From assembly GCA_040389905.1 (NCBI GenBank), contig JAZJZK010000012.1:94929-158928 (forward strand): a stretch of 64,000 nt of DNA, read 5' to 3'. Under the pieces are notes generated by a model. The model saw only the letters and a list, made by a program, of their open reading frames with translations. It had not been told where the DNA came from and did no database searches. Source of the stretch: Gemmatimonadota bacterium. Its GTDB lineage: Bacteria; Gemmatimonadota; Gemmatimonadetes; Gemmatimonadales; Gemmatimonadaceae. Each line of letters starts with the position of its first letter. The stretch's first letter is position 1. The translations under genes and the position numbers were made by a program. This document shows positions 18,507-27,344 of the stretch, in pieces.

Positions 18507-19376
18507 TTAGCAGAGCGGCGAGCAGGTACGCGGCGGACGCTTATCCCAGTTGAAAGTAATCGCTGGAACGGCGAATGCCGCAGTCTGCGGCGTGCGCGCA
18601 CCCGCCGTGGAGCGCGGGAAGACGAAGGCAGAGATTGCCGAGCCGGCGACCAGCGAGCCCGGAAGCGCTTCGATGTCGACGGTCGCAGCCGCACCCTGAA
18701 GCGCGAGTGCATCGTTGAACAACTTGGTGGCGTCGTCCACGTCGCGCACGTTGTACATGTAGCTGCCTGGCGCCAACGTGATGTAGCTGGAGGCGCTGTA
18801 CGCCGGAACGTTCGCCCAGGTCGCGGCAGCCGGAGCCGTGCCACCCTGTGCGTAGACACGCACGTTGATCGGCGTGCTCTGGGTGTTGACGATGCGGAAC
18901 GCGACGTTGCTGCCCGGTGCTGGAACTGTTTCGTCCCAGACGGTCATCTTCATCTTGTCCGCGCCCGTCGACCGGGCGTTCCCCCACAGCATCACGGTGT
19001 AGTTGTGCAGTGCTTCGACCGTGATCGAGGAATCCTTGAGCACCGTCTGCGTGATGGACGCGATGGTGTCATCGAGGAAGACGCGGAACTTGCGTGACCC
19101 AGCGCGCGCGCCCTTGTACTCGGTCAGCGTCGAAACGAACGGCGCGGCCGAGGACGGGGCGTTGCGGAAGGTCATGCGGAACTGTGCGTTGCTCTCCACC
19201 ATATCGATGAAGCGGAAGTCGAGACCCATCGCACCCGATGAATCGGGGACGGCATTGATGAATCGAACACCACCGGTTGGAATGTCTTCCGTCTTGATGA
19301 CGGTCTCCGGTGTGGAACACGCGGACACGATGCCAATCGCCAGGCATGCTCCCGTGAGTAGAAATCTGCGTCGCAT
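18507..19376 (-). CDS. DUF4397-like lipoprotein
   Basis: ATG 19376; MRRRFLLTGACLAIGIVSAC; GGVRFINAVPD and AFRIVN repeats; lies downstream of susD. Confidence 0.78.
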   Translation of the reverse strand: MRRRFLLTGACLAIGIVSACSTPETVIKTEDIPTGGVRFINAVPDSSGAMGLDFRFIDMVESNAQFRMTFRNAPSSAAPFVSTLTEYKGARAGSRKFRVFLDDTIASITQTVLKDSSITVEALHNYTVMLWGNARSTGADKMKMTVWDETVPAPGSNVAFRIVNTQSTPINVRVYAQGGTAPAAATWANVPAYSASSYITLAPGSYMYNVRDVDDATKLFNDALALQGAAATVDIEALPGSLVAGSAISAFVFPRSTAGARTPQTAAFAVPAITFNWDKRPPRTCSPLC

Positions 19377-19416
19377 GAAAATACTCCGTAAGAAGTTGAG
19401 GCGCCGAACTCGGCGG

Positions 19417-19890
19417 TCAGCGAATAGGGATGCGTACAGTCGTGACACTGTCGGGCGGAAGCGTTTGATCTGAGGGTCCTCCCCCGGGGAACAGCGATTG
19501 TTTTGCTACCGCTGCGATGATCGCCACAACGGCACCTGACAACACGGCTGTTCGTCCGGGAGAGAACTTCTTTTCATAGGTTGTCGAGACGTACGACGAC
19601 TTCAACCGCACCTTCTCGCCGCGCCAGACCTGATCGCCGCCGCGAAGAAAGCGGACCAGGGTCACGCCAACGACGTACTCATCGTTGTCGCGCTGCATCA
19701 GCACGCCCTCGACCTGACCGATCTCCGGTCCCATCGTTCCGCCAAGGGCGAGACGACCGGCATCGTTGATATCGAACGCCGCGGGCATGCCGACTTCCGG
19801 TACGACTCCTCCCGTGGGCCGCAGCTCATAGCAGCCGCCCGACAGGAGAAGTCCGACCGAACCCATGATCATGAATGATCTCTTCCGCAC
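19417..19890 (-). CDS. hypothetical lipoprotein with C-terminal TM helix
   Basis: Probable GTG start 8 nt after the susD stop; GLLLSGGC lipobox; C-terminal TAVLSGAVVAIIAAVA. Confidence 0.65.
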   Translation of the reverse strand: MRKRSFMIMGSVGLLLSGGCYELRPTGGVVPEVGMPAAFDINDAGRLALGGTMGPEIGQVEGVLMQRDNDEYVVGVTLVRFLRGGDQVWRGEKVRLKSSYVSTTYEKKFSPGRTAVLSGAVVAIIAAVAKQSLFPGGGPSDQTLPPDSVTTVRIPIR

Positions 19891-19898
19891 TGTGTGAT

Positions 19899-21584
19899 TT
19901 ACCAGCCGTACGTTCCCTTGGGGGCGACTGAGTTGGGAGCCATCCCAACGCCGCCACCCGTCCCATAGATCGCCGAGGTCGGCTTCGAGCGTGCAAGCAG
20001 ATCCTCGACCGGCGTCGCCCAGAACAGCGGCGTGCCGGCAGCCAGATCGCCCCAGCCGCGGCCATCGAGATACCACGGACCAACCGCAATGAAGGCGGTT
20101 TCAAGGCGTTTCTCATACTTCATCGCCTCGAGCAAGGAACCGCAACCCACCGCGGTGAACGCCGGACCGATCGGCACCTTCGGAACGCAATCCGCACCCC
20201 CAGGGACAACCGCCGTCGGATCAGTAATCGCCGGCAGACCGTTCTTGACTCGGGTGACGTTGATCAGCGTCGCAGCACCCGCGGCGTTGCCCGTGCGGAT
20301 CAGGCCTTCGGCCTGCAGCATGTCGAGCTCCGCCTTGGCGAAGTAAATCGTGTTACCCGTCTGCGCCGAGCCGGCATCGCCAGCGACACGCCAAGGATGG
20401 AAGCGCGCGATGTCGTAGTTGGACCAGCCCCAGCCAGCGCCGGCGAACTGGTCGTTGCCACCCGGGCGGTTGACGAAGTACCGCTTGCACACCGTTCCCG
20501 ACGCCGCACAGCTCGTAATCGAGAAGTCAGCCTGCTGTGCGGCACGGGTTGCACCCTGCGGAAAGCGAAGGTCCGGCGTGACCATGAAGAAGCCGTTGTT
20601 GCCCGAACCACGAGCGCCAATGGCCGTCGCCTGCCACGTCGCGTAGCTGCCCGACACGTCCGCCATGCCGATGACGAATGGCGGCATCTGGTGCCACAGG
20701 CCGGCGCCGTCGTACTGCGCACGCCAGCTGTTCCCGATACCAGTGACCGAGCCGGTCGTGATCTGCATGTCAGCCGTGATACCGCCCTGCGCATCCGCGA
20801 TCACGCTCGCCCAGTTGACCGCTGCCCGCTCGGCCGGTGTACGCGCAATGTTCGCACGAACCCTCGCACGGTAACTGCGAACCACCTTGATGAACTCCGC
20901 CTGCGAGAGCGCCGTTGGCGTCGGGATCCACGTGATCGGAATCGGGAAGCCTTCGGAACCCGTGACGGGAGCGCTGGCGTAGTCGATGGCGCGCTGGAAC
21001 GCGGCCATCGCTGAATCCCCCGCTTCCTTGTAACTCACGAGCGTGCCCGCATCCTGCGGATCGGTCTTTGTCGTCACGATCGCCGTCGAATCATAGAACA
21101 TGGCGATATGCCCGATGGCCATGCCGCGCAGGAACTCGGCGAAGGCCTGATCGCGCGACTTACGTGCGGTGGACTGGAGGTCCAACCCGGCTTCGACCTG
21201 CGCCAGGAAGGTCGAGGCCACACGCTGCACTTCGTTCTCGATCGTGTAGATACGGAACTGTTCGCCCGTGCACACGTTGCCCGGCGTGTTGTCGTTGTTC
21301 GCGCCGGCGAAGGGCAGGCGCGCATTCAGACAGTTGTTCGCAAGGCTGGAGAAGTTCATCATCGACATGACGCCCGTCATGCCTTCGATGACGGTGAGAC
21401 TGCCGTACAGGCCAGTCGACCACCGCTTGAAATAGCCGCCGACCAGATTCTCGGCGTCGGTCGCAGTCGCCAGCACCTTCTTGCTGTCGCCGCTATTCGG
21501 GTTCGTCACCTCGAGCGATCGTTCGCACGCAGTGAGGCCGAGCGCCGCCACCAAGGCGGCGCTACGGATCAGGTTTCGAGTCAT
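19899..21584 (-). CDS. SusD/RagB-family outer-membrane lipoprotein
   Basis: LGLTAC lipobox, V.NPN, AELDMLQAEGLIR...INVTR, KYEKRLE; directly downstream of susC. Confidence 0.85.
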   Translation of the reverse strand: MTRNLIRSAALVAALGLTACERSLEVTNPNSGDSKKVLATATDAENLVGGYFKRWSTGLYGSLTVIEGMTGVMSMMNFSSLANNCLNARLPFAGANNDNTPGNVCTGEQFRIYTIENEVQRVASTFLAQVEAGLDLQSTARKSRDQAFAEFLRGMAIGHIAMFYDSTAIVTTKTDPQDAGTLVSYKEAGDSAMAAFQRAIDYASAPVTGSEGFPIPITWIPTPTALSQAEFIKVVRSYRARVRANIARTPAERAAVNWASVIADAQGGITADMQITTGSVTGIGNSWRAQYDGAGLWHQMPPFVIGMADVSGSYATWQATAIGARGSGNNGFFMVTPDLRFPQGATRAAQQADFSITSCAASGTVCKRYFVNRPGGNDQFAGAGWGWSNYDIARFHPWRVAGDAGSAQTGNTIYFAKAELDMLQAEGLIRTGNAAGAATLINVTRVKNGLPAITDPTAVVPGGADCVPKVPIGPAFTAVGCGSLLEAMKYEKRLETAFIAVGPWYLDGRGWGDLAAGTPLFWATPVEDLLARSKPTSAIYGTGGGVGMAPNSVAPKGTYGW

Positions 21585-21596
21585 GTACGATGGCTC

Positions 21597-24500
21597 CTAG
21601 AAGCGCGTGGAAACAGTGACCGTGAAGGTGCGGAGCGTCGGGAAGTTGAAGGCATCGACCTGGTTGATGAGGCCTGAGCCTGCGGCACCGCCGGAGACAC
21701 CGACTTCTGGGTCGTACCCGCTGTAGCCCGTGAACGTCATCAGGTTGCGTCCAATCACGCCAACCGTGAAGTCACCCAGGCCTGCGAGCTTGCCGAGCTT
21801 GTACGTGAGGCTGACTTCGCGAAGCTTCGCGTAGGAACCATCCTCGGTGTTGTAGTTGTTCGGTCCGAGAATGTCGTAGAAGCCGCCCGTGCCCAGGTTG
21901 CCGGACTCGGTGAAGCCTGCGCGCCAGCCGTAGCCGGTCGGCTTGGCCTCTTCCACCGTCTTCTTTGAGCCATCGAAATAGTCAGAGCTGAAATCGAGCA
22001 GTCCCCAGCCCTCGCCCTGATTCTGGATCTTGTGACCAAACGTTCCGTCGACCAACCCGTACAGCGTCAGGCGCTTGTACTGCACGTTGTTGGCATACGT
22101 CATACGGAAGTTCGGCAGCACGTTGCCCAGGTAGTGCTGGATGCCGACGCCTTCGCCCTTCTCACCGCGCAATGGACGATCGATGATCGGATGTCCGAAG
22201 AACAGCGGATAGTTCCAGGGCGAGTTCGCCTGCGAGAGCTTCGCCTGCCACAGGTTCTTCGTGATGCCGTCGCGCCAGTTGTTGCCAGCGCCCGTCCACA
22301 CGACCCAACCCTGATCATTGATCTGGTACTCATGCGTATCGCCAACCGCACCGTCGCCGCAAGAGGCCTGGACCGATGCCGGCAGGTCCGCGCATGTCTT
22401 GTAGAACTTGCGGCCCCAGATGTTGCCGTACCGGTTGACCGGCGTGCCATCGACGACGTCGGTGCGCGCGGTGATCAGGAACAAGCTGCCCGTTCCCTGA
22501 CCCGTCCCTGCCGTGTTGTAGTACTCCGGCACGAACAGCTCCGTGACGAAGGTGCGCGTGCGATCCCACGTGCCGCGCATGCTCCAGTTCAGGTCTGCCT
22601 TGCTGATGATCGGCAGGTTCAGGCCGACTTCGTACGTGTTGTTCGACAGCGTACCGGCATTCTGCCACTGGCTGCTGAAGCCCAGTGAGGACGGCGTGTT
22701 GACCGGGAGAATCTGGTTCTTCGTGTCGGACTTGGCGTTGGTGATCTCGACGCCGAGCCGGTTGAAGAGGGTGAAGTCCGTACCGATTTCCGTTTCCGTG
22801 GTCGTTTCCGGCTTCAGCTGGCTGTTACCAGCCTGGCCGAGCGAGCAACCGGCGGAACCGCACGAGTACGTCTCGTACTGCGCCGAGAAGTTCGGCGTGG
22901 AACCAGCGCTACCACGCGAGGCGCGGATGCGGAAGTCCGTCAGCTTGTTGCTGTGCCAGAACGACTCTTCCGACACACGCCACACTCCGGAGAGACGACC
23001 GAACGATGCCCACCGATTGCCGGCGCCGAAACGCGAGCTGCCGTCGAAACGGTACGTGCCTTCGACGATGTAGCGTCCCTTGTAGTCCACGCTGCCGCCG
23101 CCGAGCGCACCCATGTTGCGATCCGTCTGCCAGCTCGAGGACAACCCGAAGGATGCCGACGTCGCGTTGGACAACGTGTAGATGTCCTTCACCACGAACT
23201 GGCTGCGGTTGCCGTTGTTCGAGTTGAACTTTTCCTGATCCCACAGGCCCTTGAAGTTGACCTTGGCACTCAGGTCGTTGCTGAGCTGCTTGCGGAACGT
23301 GGCGGCGACGCTGGCGTTCATCGCCTCGTCACCGTTGTCGCTCAGCGAGATGCTGCCGAAGTTCGTTCCGGTGGAGACGGCGAAGGTGCGATACCCCTTG
23401 AAGACGTGGCTGTCCTGGAAGCGCGTCCGGTTGTCGTAGCCGAACGTCGCGTCGAAAGTGGCCCAGTCCGTCGGGAAGTAGTTCGCCGAGATCGACCCGA
23501 GGTAGCGGGTCGAGTAGCTGGTGTCGAACAGGTTCTCAGAGTCATACAGGAACGTGCCGGCCGCGTTGCCCGACCCGCGGAAGCCCGCGCCGCCAAGCTT
23601 GATGAGGTACCGGCCCAGGGTGTCGCGAGCCGCGTAGTCCGAGCCTGCCGGAGCGCCGCGGAGCAGCTGTCCGAAGATACCGCCATTGGACGAGCCGCCG
23701 CTGCGGTTGTCCGTCGTGCCGCGGTCATACAGCGAGCTCACCGAGATGAGCAGGTTGCTGCGCACATCGTAGTCGAGGTTGACGCGCGCACGATTCTGCT
23801 GCTGCCCTTCGAGACCCTTGATCGCGCCCTTGTCGCTCGTGGCGGATCCGCTGACATAGAAGCGAACGTTTCCGACGCGGCCTGTGGCATCCACGGAGTT
23901 CAGCGTCACCGGATTGCGGCTCGCCACCTGCGCGAAGGAGTTGTAGTACTGGTTCGGCCAGATGTTCGCCTGGAAGACGTTCGTCAGTTCGCCACCGGCG
24001 AAGGACGGCGCATTCCACTGCACGTTCTGGTTGGTACGAATGGTGTCCGCATTGACGTTGTTGATGCGGTACATCTCCGTCATCCAGTCGAGCGTGCGCG
24101 AGCAGGGCGCCGACGTCGTCGTGCCCGTGACGCAGAAACGCTTGCCCGTCTCATCGAGCTGGAGATGGTGGTTGGTCGGCTGACCGTAGTCGAGGCTGTT
24201 CAGGTCGGACGTGCCGTATTCCGTACGGAGCCCGAACTTGATGCCGTCCTGCGACGCACCGCGCTTCGTCTTGATCGTGATGACGCCATTGGCTGCCTTG
24301 GTGCCGTAGAGCGCTGCACCAGCCGCGCCCTTCACGACTTCCACGGACTCGATGTCGAGGCCACCGAGTTCCGCAAGGCTGCCGACGTTCATGATGATGT
24401 TGTCGACGATGATCAGCGGACCCTGGCTGCGGCCCGAGGCATTCAGCGACGTCGGTCCACGCATCAGGATTTCCGGCGTGCTGCCCGGCTGTCCGCTCGT

Positions 24501-25013
24501 CTGCGCGATGCGCATACCGGCAACCTTACCCTGCAGCGCACGAATCGGATCGAGTCCCGGAACCGGGATGTCCTCTTCGCTCAGGCGAGCAACGGCGAAC
24601 GGTACTTTCGACCGCTCCGTGCCCTCGATCGAGCCGGTGACGACGACTTCGCTCAGCTTGTTGATGTCCTGCTTGAGCTGGAAGTTCTGCGTCTGCGTCC
24701 CCGCGGCGACCGTGATGACGCGGACCTGGGACTGATGACCGATCGCGCGAATGCGAAGGTTGACCTTCTGCCCCTGCACGCGTGCCGTCGGCACCGTGAA
24801 CGTGTACACACCTGCTGCATTCGTTCCGACGGAAACCGCGAGGTCATTGATGTACAGATTCGCGGCTTCGACCGGCGTCCCATTTTCCGACGTCACCTTA
24901 CCGGTGACAACGGCGGCCTGGGCGTGGGCTTTTGCAGCGGGCAACGTGAGCATCATGCTCAGCGCTGCCAGTGCAATCGCCCGGAACTTCTTCCTGGTGA
25001 TGATGGTGGTCAT
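21597..25013 (-). CDS. SusC/RagA-family TonB-dependent outer-membrane transporter
   Basis: ATG 25013 with GAGGGAG RBS; LSEVVVTG, DIESVEVVKGAAGAALYGTKAANGVITIKTKRG plug, LKPETTTETEIG, GYDPEV, terminal F. Confidence 0.95.
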   Translation of the reverse strand: MTTIITRKKFRAIALAALSMMLTLPAAKAHAQAAVVTGKVTSENGTPVEAANLYINDLAVSVGTNAAGVYTFTVPTARVQGQKVNLRIRAIGHQSQVRVITVAAGTQTQNFQLKQDINKLSEVVVTGSIEGTERSKVPFAVARLSEEDIPVPGLDPIRALQGKVAGMRIAQTSGQPGSTPEILMRGPTSLNASGRSQGPLIIVDNIIMNVGSLAELGGLDIESVEVVKGAAGAALYGTKAANGVITIKTKRGASQDGIKFGLRTEYGTSDLNSLDYGQPTNHHLQLDETGKRFCVTGTTTSAPCSRTLDWMTEMYRINNVNADTIRTNQNVQWNAPSFAGGELTNVFQANIWPNQYYNSFAQVASRNPVTLNSVDATGRVGNVRFYVSGSATSDKGAIKGLEGQQQNRARVNLDYDVRSNLLISVSSLYDRGTTDNRSGGSSNGGIFGQLLRGAPAGSDYAARDTLGRYLIKLGGAGFRGSGNAAGTFLYDSENLFDTSYSTRYLGSISANYFPTDWATFDATFGYDNRTRFQDSHVFKGYRTFAVSTGTNFGSISLSDNGDEAMNASVAATFRKQLSNDLSAKVNFKGLWDQEKFNSNNGNRSQFVVKDIYTLSNATSASFGLSSSWQTDRNMGALGGGSVDYKGRYIVEGTYRFDGSSRFGAGNRWASFGRLSGVWRVSEESFWHSNKLTDFRIRASRGSAGSTPNFSAQYETYSCGSAGCSLGQAGNSQLKPETTTETEIGTDFTLFNRLGVEITNAKSDTKNQILPVNTPSSLGFSSQWQNAGTLSNNTYEVGLNLPIISKADLNWSMRGTWDRTRTFVTELFVPEYYNTAGTGQGTGSLFLITARTDVVDGTPVNRYGNIWGRKFYKTCADLPASVQASCGDGAVGDTHEYQINDQGWVVWTGAGNNWRDGITKNLWQAKLSQANSPWNYPLFFGHPIIDRPLRGEKGEGVGIQHYLGNVLPNFRMTYANNVQYKRLTLYGLVDGTFGHKIQNQGEGWGLLDFSSDYFDGSKKTVEEAKPTGYGWRAGFTESGNLGTGGFYDILGPNNYNTEDGSYAKLREVSLTYKLGKLAGLGDFTVGVIGRNLMTFTGYSGYDPEVGVSGGAAGSGLINQVDAFNFPTLRTFTVTVSTRF

Positions 25014-25405
25014 CTCACTCCCTCGATGAGCAAAAGGGGAACTGCGGAACACGCGTAGAACACGAGCGCAAGCACGAACACACAAAAAACAGCACAAGAT
25101 CGAGCGATGGATCTATCTCGATTGGGGGAACTCAGAAGGCGGGAGCGCTCGTCAGGAAGCCGGCCGGCGGGACGGACGGCGGAATAAACATCAGGAGGGG
25201 AACAACCGCGCCCAATAATGTCCCTCGCTCTGGAAGGACGCAACCCTGGGTCTGGTCAAATGCTACGGACCTCCCAACCCTTTCGGCCGTCACATGTGTC
25301 CAAGCGTGAATATGGTGGCTGGCATTGCCCTCCCCCTCCAGCCCTACCGGGCTCAGCTTTCTCTTCGCCGTTGCTCCCCCGACGCGCCGAGTGCGACTTT
25401 GTGGA

Positions 25406-27139
25406 ATGCCTCGAGTACGCCAGTCGGCCGCGTCACCACCTCCCCGAGCACGATCCTCCCGTAAATCCATTTCCCTCGCGACGATCGCCGTGATCGTCGT
25501 GAGTCTCGCCGCATCCCTCTCCGTCCTCCTCAACGACTTCACACAGGACGACCTGGGGATCATTCGCGCGTCCACTCGGCTGCACGGTTTTGGGGAATGG
25601 AAGGACATGCTCACCCTCCCCTATTGGCCGCCACCCGCACTTCCCGACCTCTATCGCCCCCTGCTTTCCCTCTTCCTGGCCTTTCAATACGTCGCCGGCA
25701 ACGGCGCACCTGCGGTCTTCCGCGTCGTGAGCTGTCTATTGTATGCCGGCGCGTGCGCCGGCGTCCTTCGCGTGGCGGCACGCATGCTTCCACTGCCCGT
25801 TGCACTCGGCGTCGCGTTGCTGTTCGCAGCGCATCCCGTGCACGTCGAGGCAATCGCCCTTGCCGTTGCCCAGAACGAGATTCTCGTCGCACTGCTCGCG
25901 ACACTCATGGTCGCCCGGTATCTCGACAAACGTCGCCGGGAGCCCGACGGCGCGCTGCAACCCGCGGACTGGGGACTCCTGTTGCTCGGCGCCGCCGCGG
26001 CGGCCTTCTCAAAGGAGCAGGGACTTCTCCTCCCACTCTTTCTTGGTGCGGCTGAGTGGTGCCTCGTCCGTGGACAGTCGCTTCGCGAGCGCATCCACCT
26101 TCTCTGGAAGGGATATGCAGCGCTGGCGCTCGTCGGCGCCCTCGCCCTCGCCGCGCGAAGCGCCGTGCTTGGGAGCCAGCGCCCCGCCATGATTGCGGAC
26201 GCGCTGCGCGACCTCACGATGCGAGAGCGCGCGCTCACGATGCTGCAGGTGGTGCCGGAGTGGTTTCGCCTGCTGACATGGCCGGCGCACCTTCGCGCCG
26301 AGTACTCGCCGAACGAATTCGTGGCATCGACGACATTCGGTGCAGTCGAGGCGTTCGGCCTCGCGCTCCTCATCGGCGCCGTCGTTGTCGCGTGGCTCGC
26401 GCGGCGTCGAATGCCCGTCGTGACCTTCGGCCTGCTCTGGTGCTTCATCGCCCTGCTGCCGGTGAGCAACGTGGTGATCCCGACGGGCATCCTCATCGCC
26501 GAGCGCACGCTGTTTCTCGCAAGCGCGGGGTTTCTCCTCGCGGCGGGTGGCGTGGCGGCGGGTGTACTGAACGTGCTCGACACGCGTTGGTCGCTGAGCG
26601 AACGAGCACCGCTGCGATATGCGTCGATCGTCGTGTTCGCCGCGGTTGTTCTTGTCGGCGTCACGCGGAGTGTACGGCGCGAAAGGGTCTGGCACGACCC
26701 GTTCACGTTGGTGGCGGCGAGTCTCGAGGACTCACCGCGCAGTTGGCGGGTCCAGCGACAATACGGCGAGATGATGTTCGAGTCGGGGCGGCCCGGCGAC
26801 GGCATCGTCGGGTTCCTCAAGGCGATCAGCCTGTCGCCGGAGCCGTGGCGGGTGCGCAACCGGTTCGCGCAGCGGATGCGCGGCGTGGGCGCGGATAGCG
26901 TGGCATTCGAAGAGCTCAAGCGCAGCAACTCGGAACACCCGGGCGAGCCCGAGACGATCGTGCAGATCGCGTCCGTGCTCATTACACTCGGCCAGTACGA
27001 CGAAACGATCCGCTTGGCGGACCAGATCATCTCCGCCGCCAACGCGCCGGATGTGATGGTGTATCTCCGTCACGTCGCGGACAGCGCGCGAACGGCAAAG
27101 GCGCCGCGAGGAAGTGTGCGGCTCAGTCTCGGCATGTAA
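25406..27139 (+). CDS. TMTC-like GT-C membrane glycosyltransferase with short TPR tail
   Basis: FTQDD, LYRPL, LFAAHPVHVEA, SKE, IAERTLFL motifs; start uncertain (ATG 25406 chosen). Confidence 0.8.
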   Translation: MPRVRQSAASPPPRARSSRKSISLATIAVIVVSLAASLSVLLNDFTQDDLGIIRASTRLHGFGEWKDMLTLPYWPPPALPDLYRPLLSLFLAFQYVAGNGAPAVFRVVSCLLYAGACAGVLRVAARMLPLPVALGVALLFAAHPVHVEAIALAVAQNEILVALLATLMVARYLDKRRREPDGALQPADWGLLLLGAAAAAFSKEQGLLLPLFLGAAEWCLVRGQSLRERIHLLWKGYAALALVGALALAARSAVLGSQRPAMIADALRDLTMRERALTMLQVVPEWFRLLTWPAHLRAEYSPNEFVASTTFGAVEAFGLALLIGAVVVAWLARRRMPVVTFGLLWCFIALLPVSNVVIPTGILIAERTLFLASAGFLLAAGGVAAGVLNVLDTRWSLSERAPLRYASIVVFAAVVLVGVTRSVRRERVWHDPFTLVAASLEDSPRSWRVQRQYGEMMFESGRPGDGIVGFLKAISLSPEPWRVRNRFAQRMRGVGADSVAFEELKRSNSEHPGEPETIVQIASVLITLGQYDETIRLADQIISAANAPDVMVYLRHVADSARTAKAPRGSVRLSLGM

Positions 27140-27344
27140 GGCGCCGGAAGAAAGCGTGAAGAATACCGTGAAAAGAGGCGTGAAACGTCGTCTTTCACGC
27201 CCTCATCTAGTTGGAATCCTGCAGCCGCCAATTGAGTACCTGCTGTCCATCCGCTTTGCCCTTGCCGCCGAACGGTCTTGGGATACATGTTGGCATACAT
27301 TGCTCGGTCAGGATTCTTCACCCAGGGCGACGAGGATACTGCCT

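Noticed and set aside
22953..25058. 701-aa + strand ORF
   Set aside because: Antisense to susC; a typical high-GC shadow ORF with no motifs.
25014..25405. Riboswitch in the long susC leader
   Set aside because: No cobalamin, TPP or other aptamer core recognised by eye; an Rfam scan would be needed.
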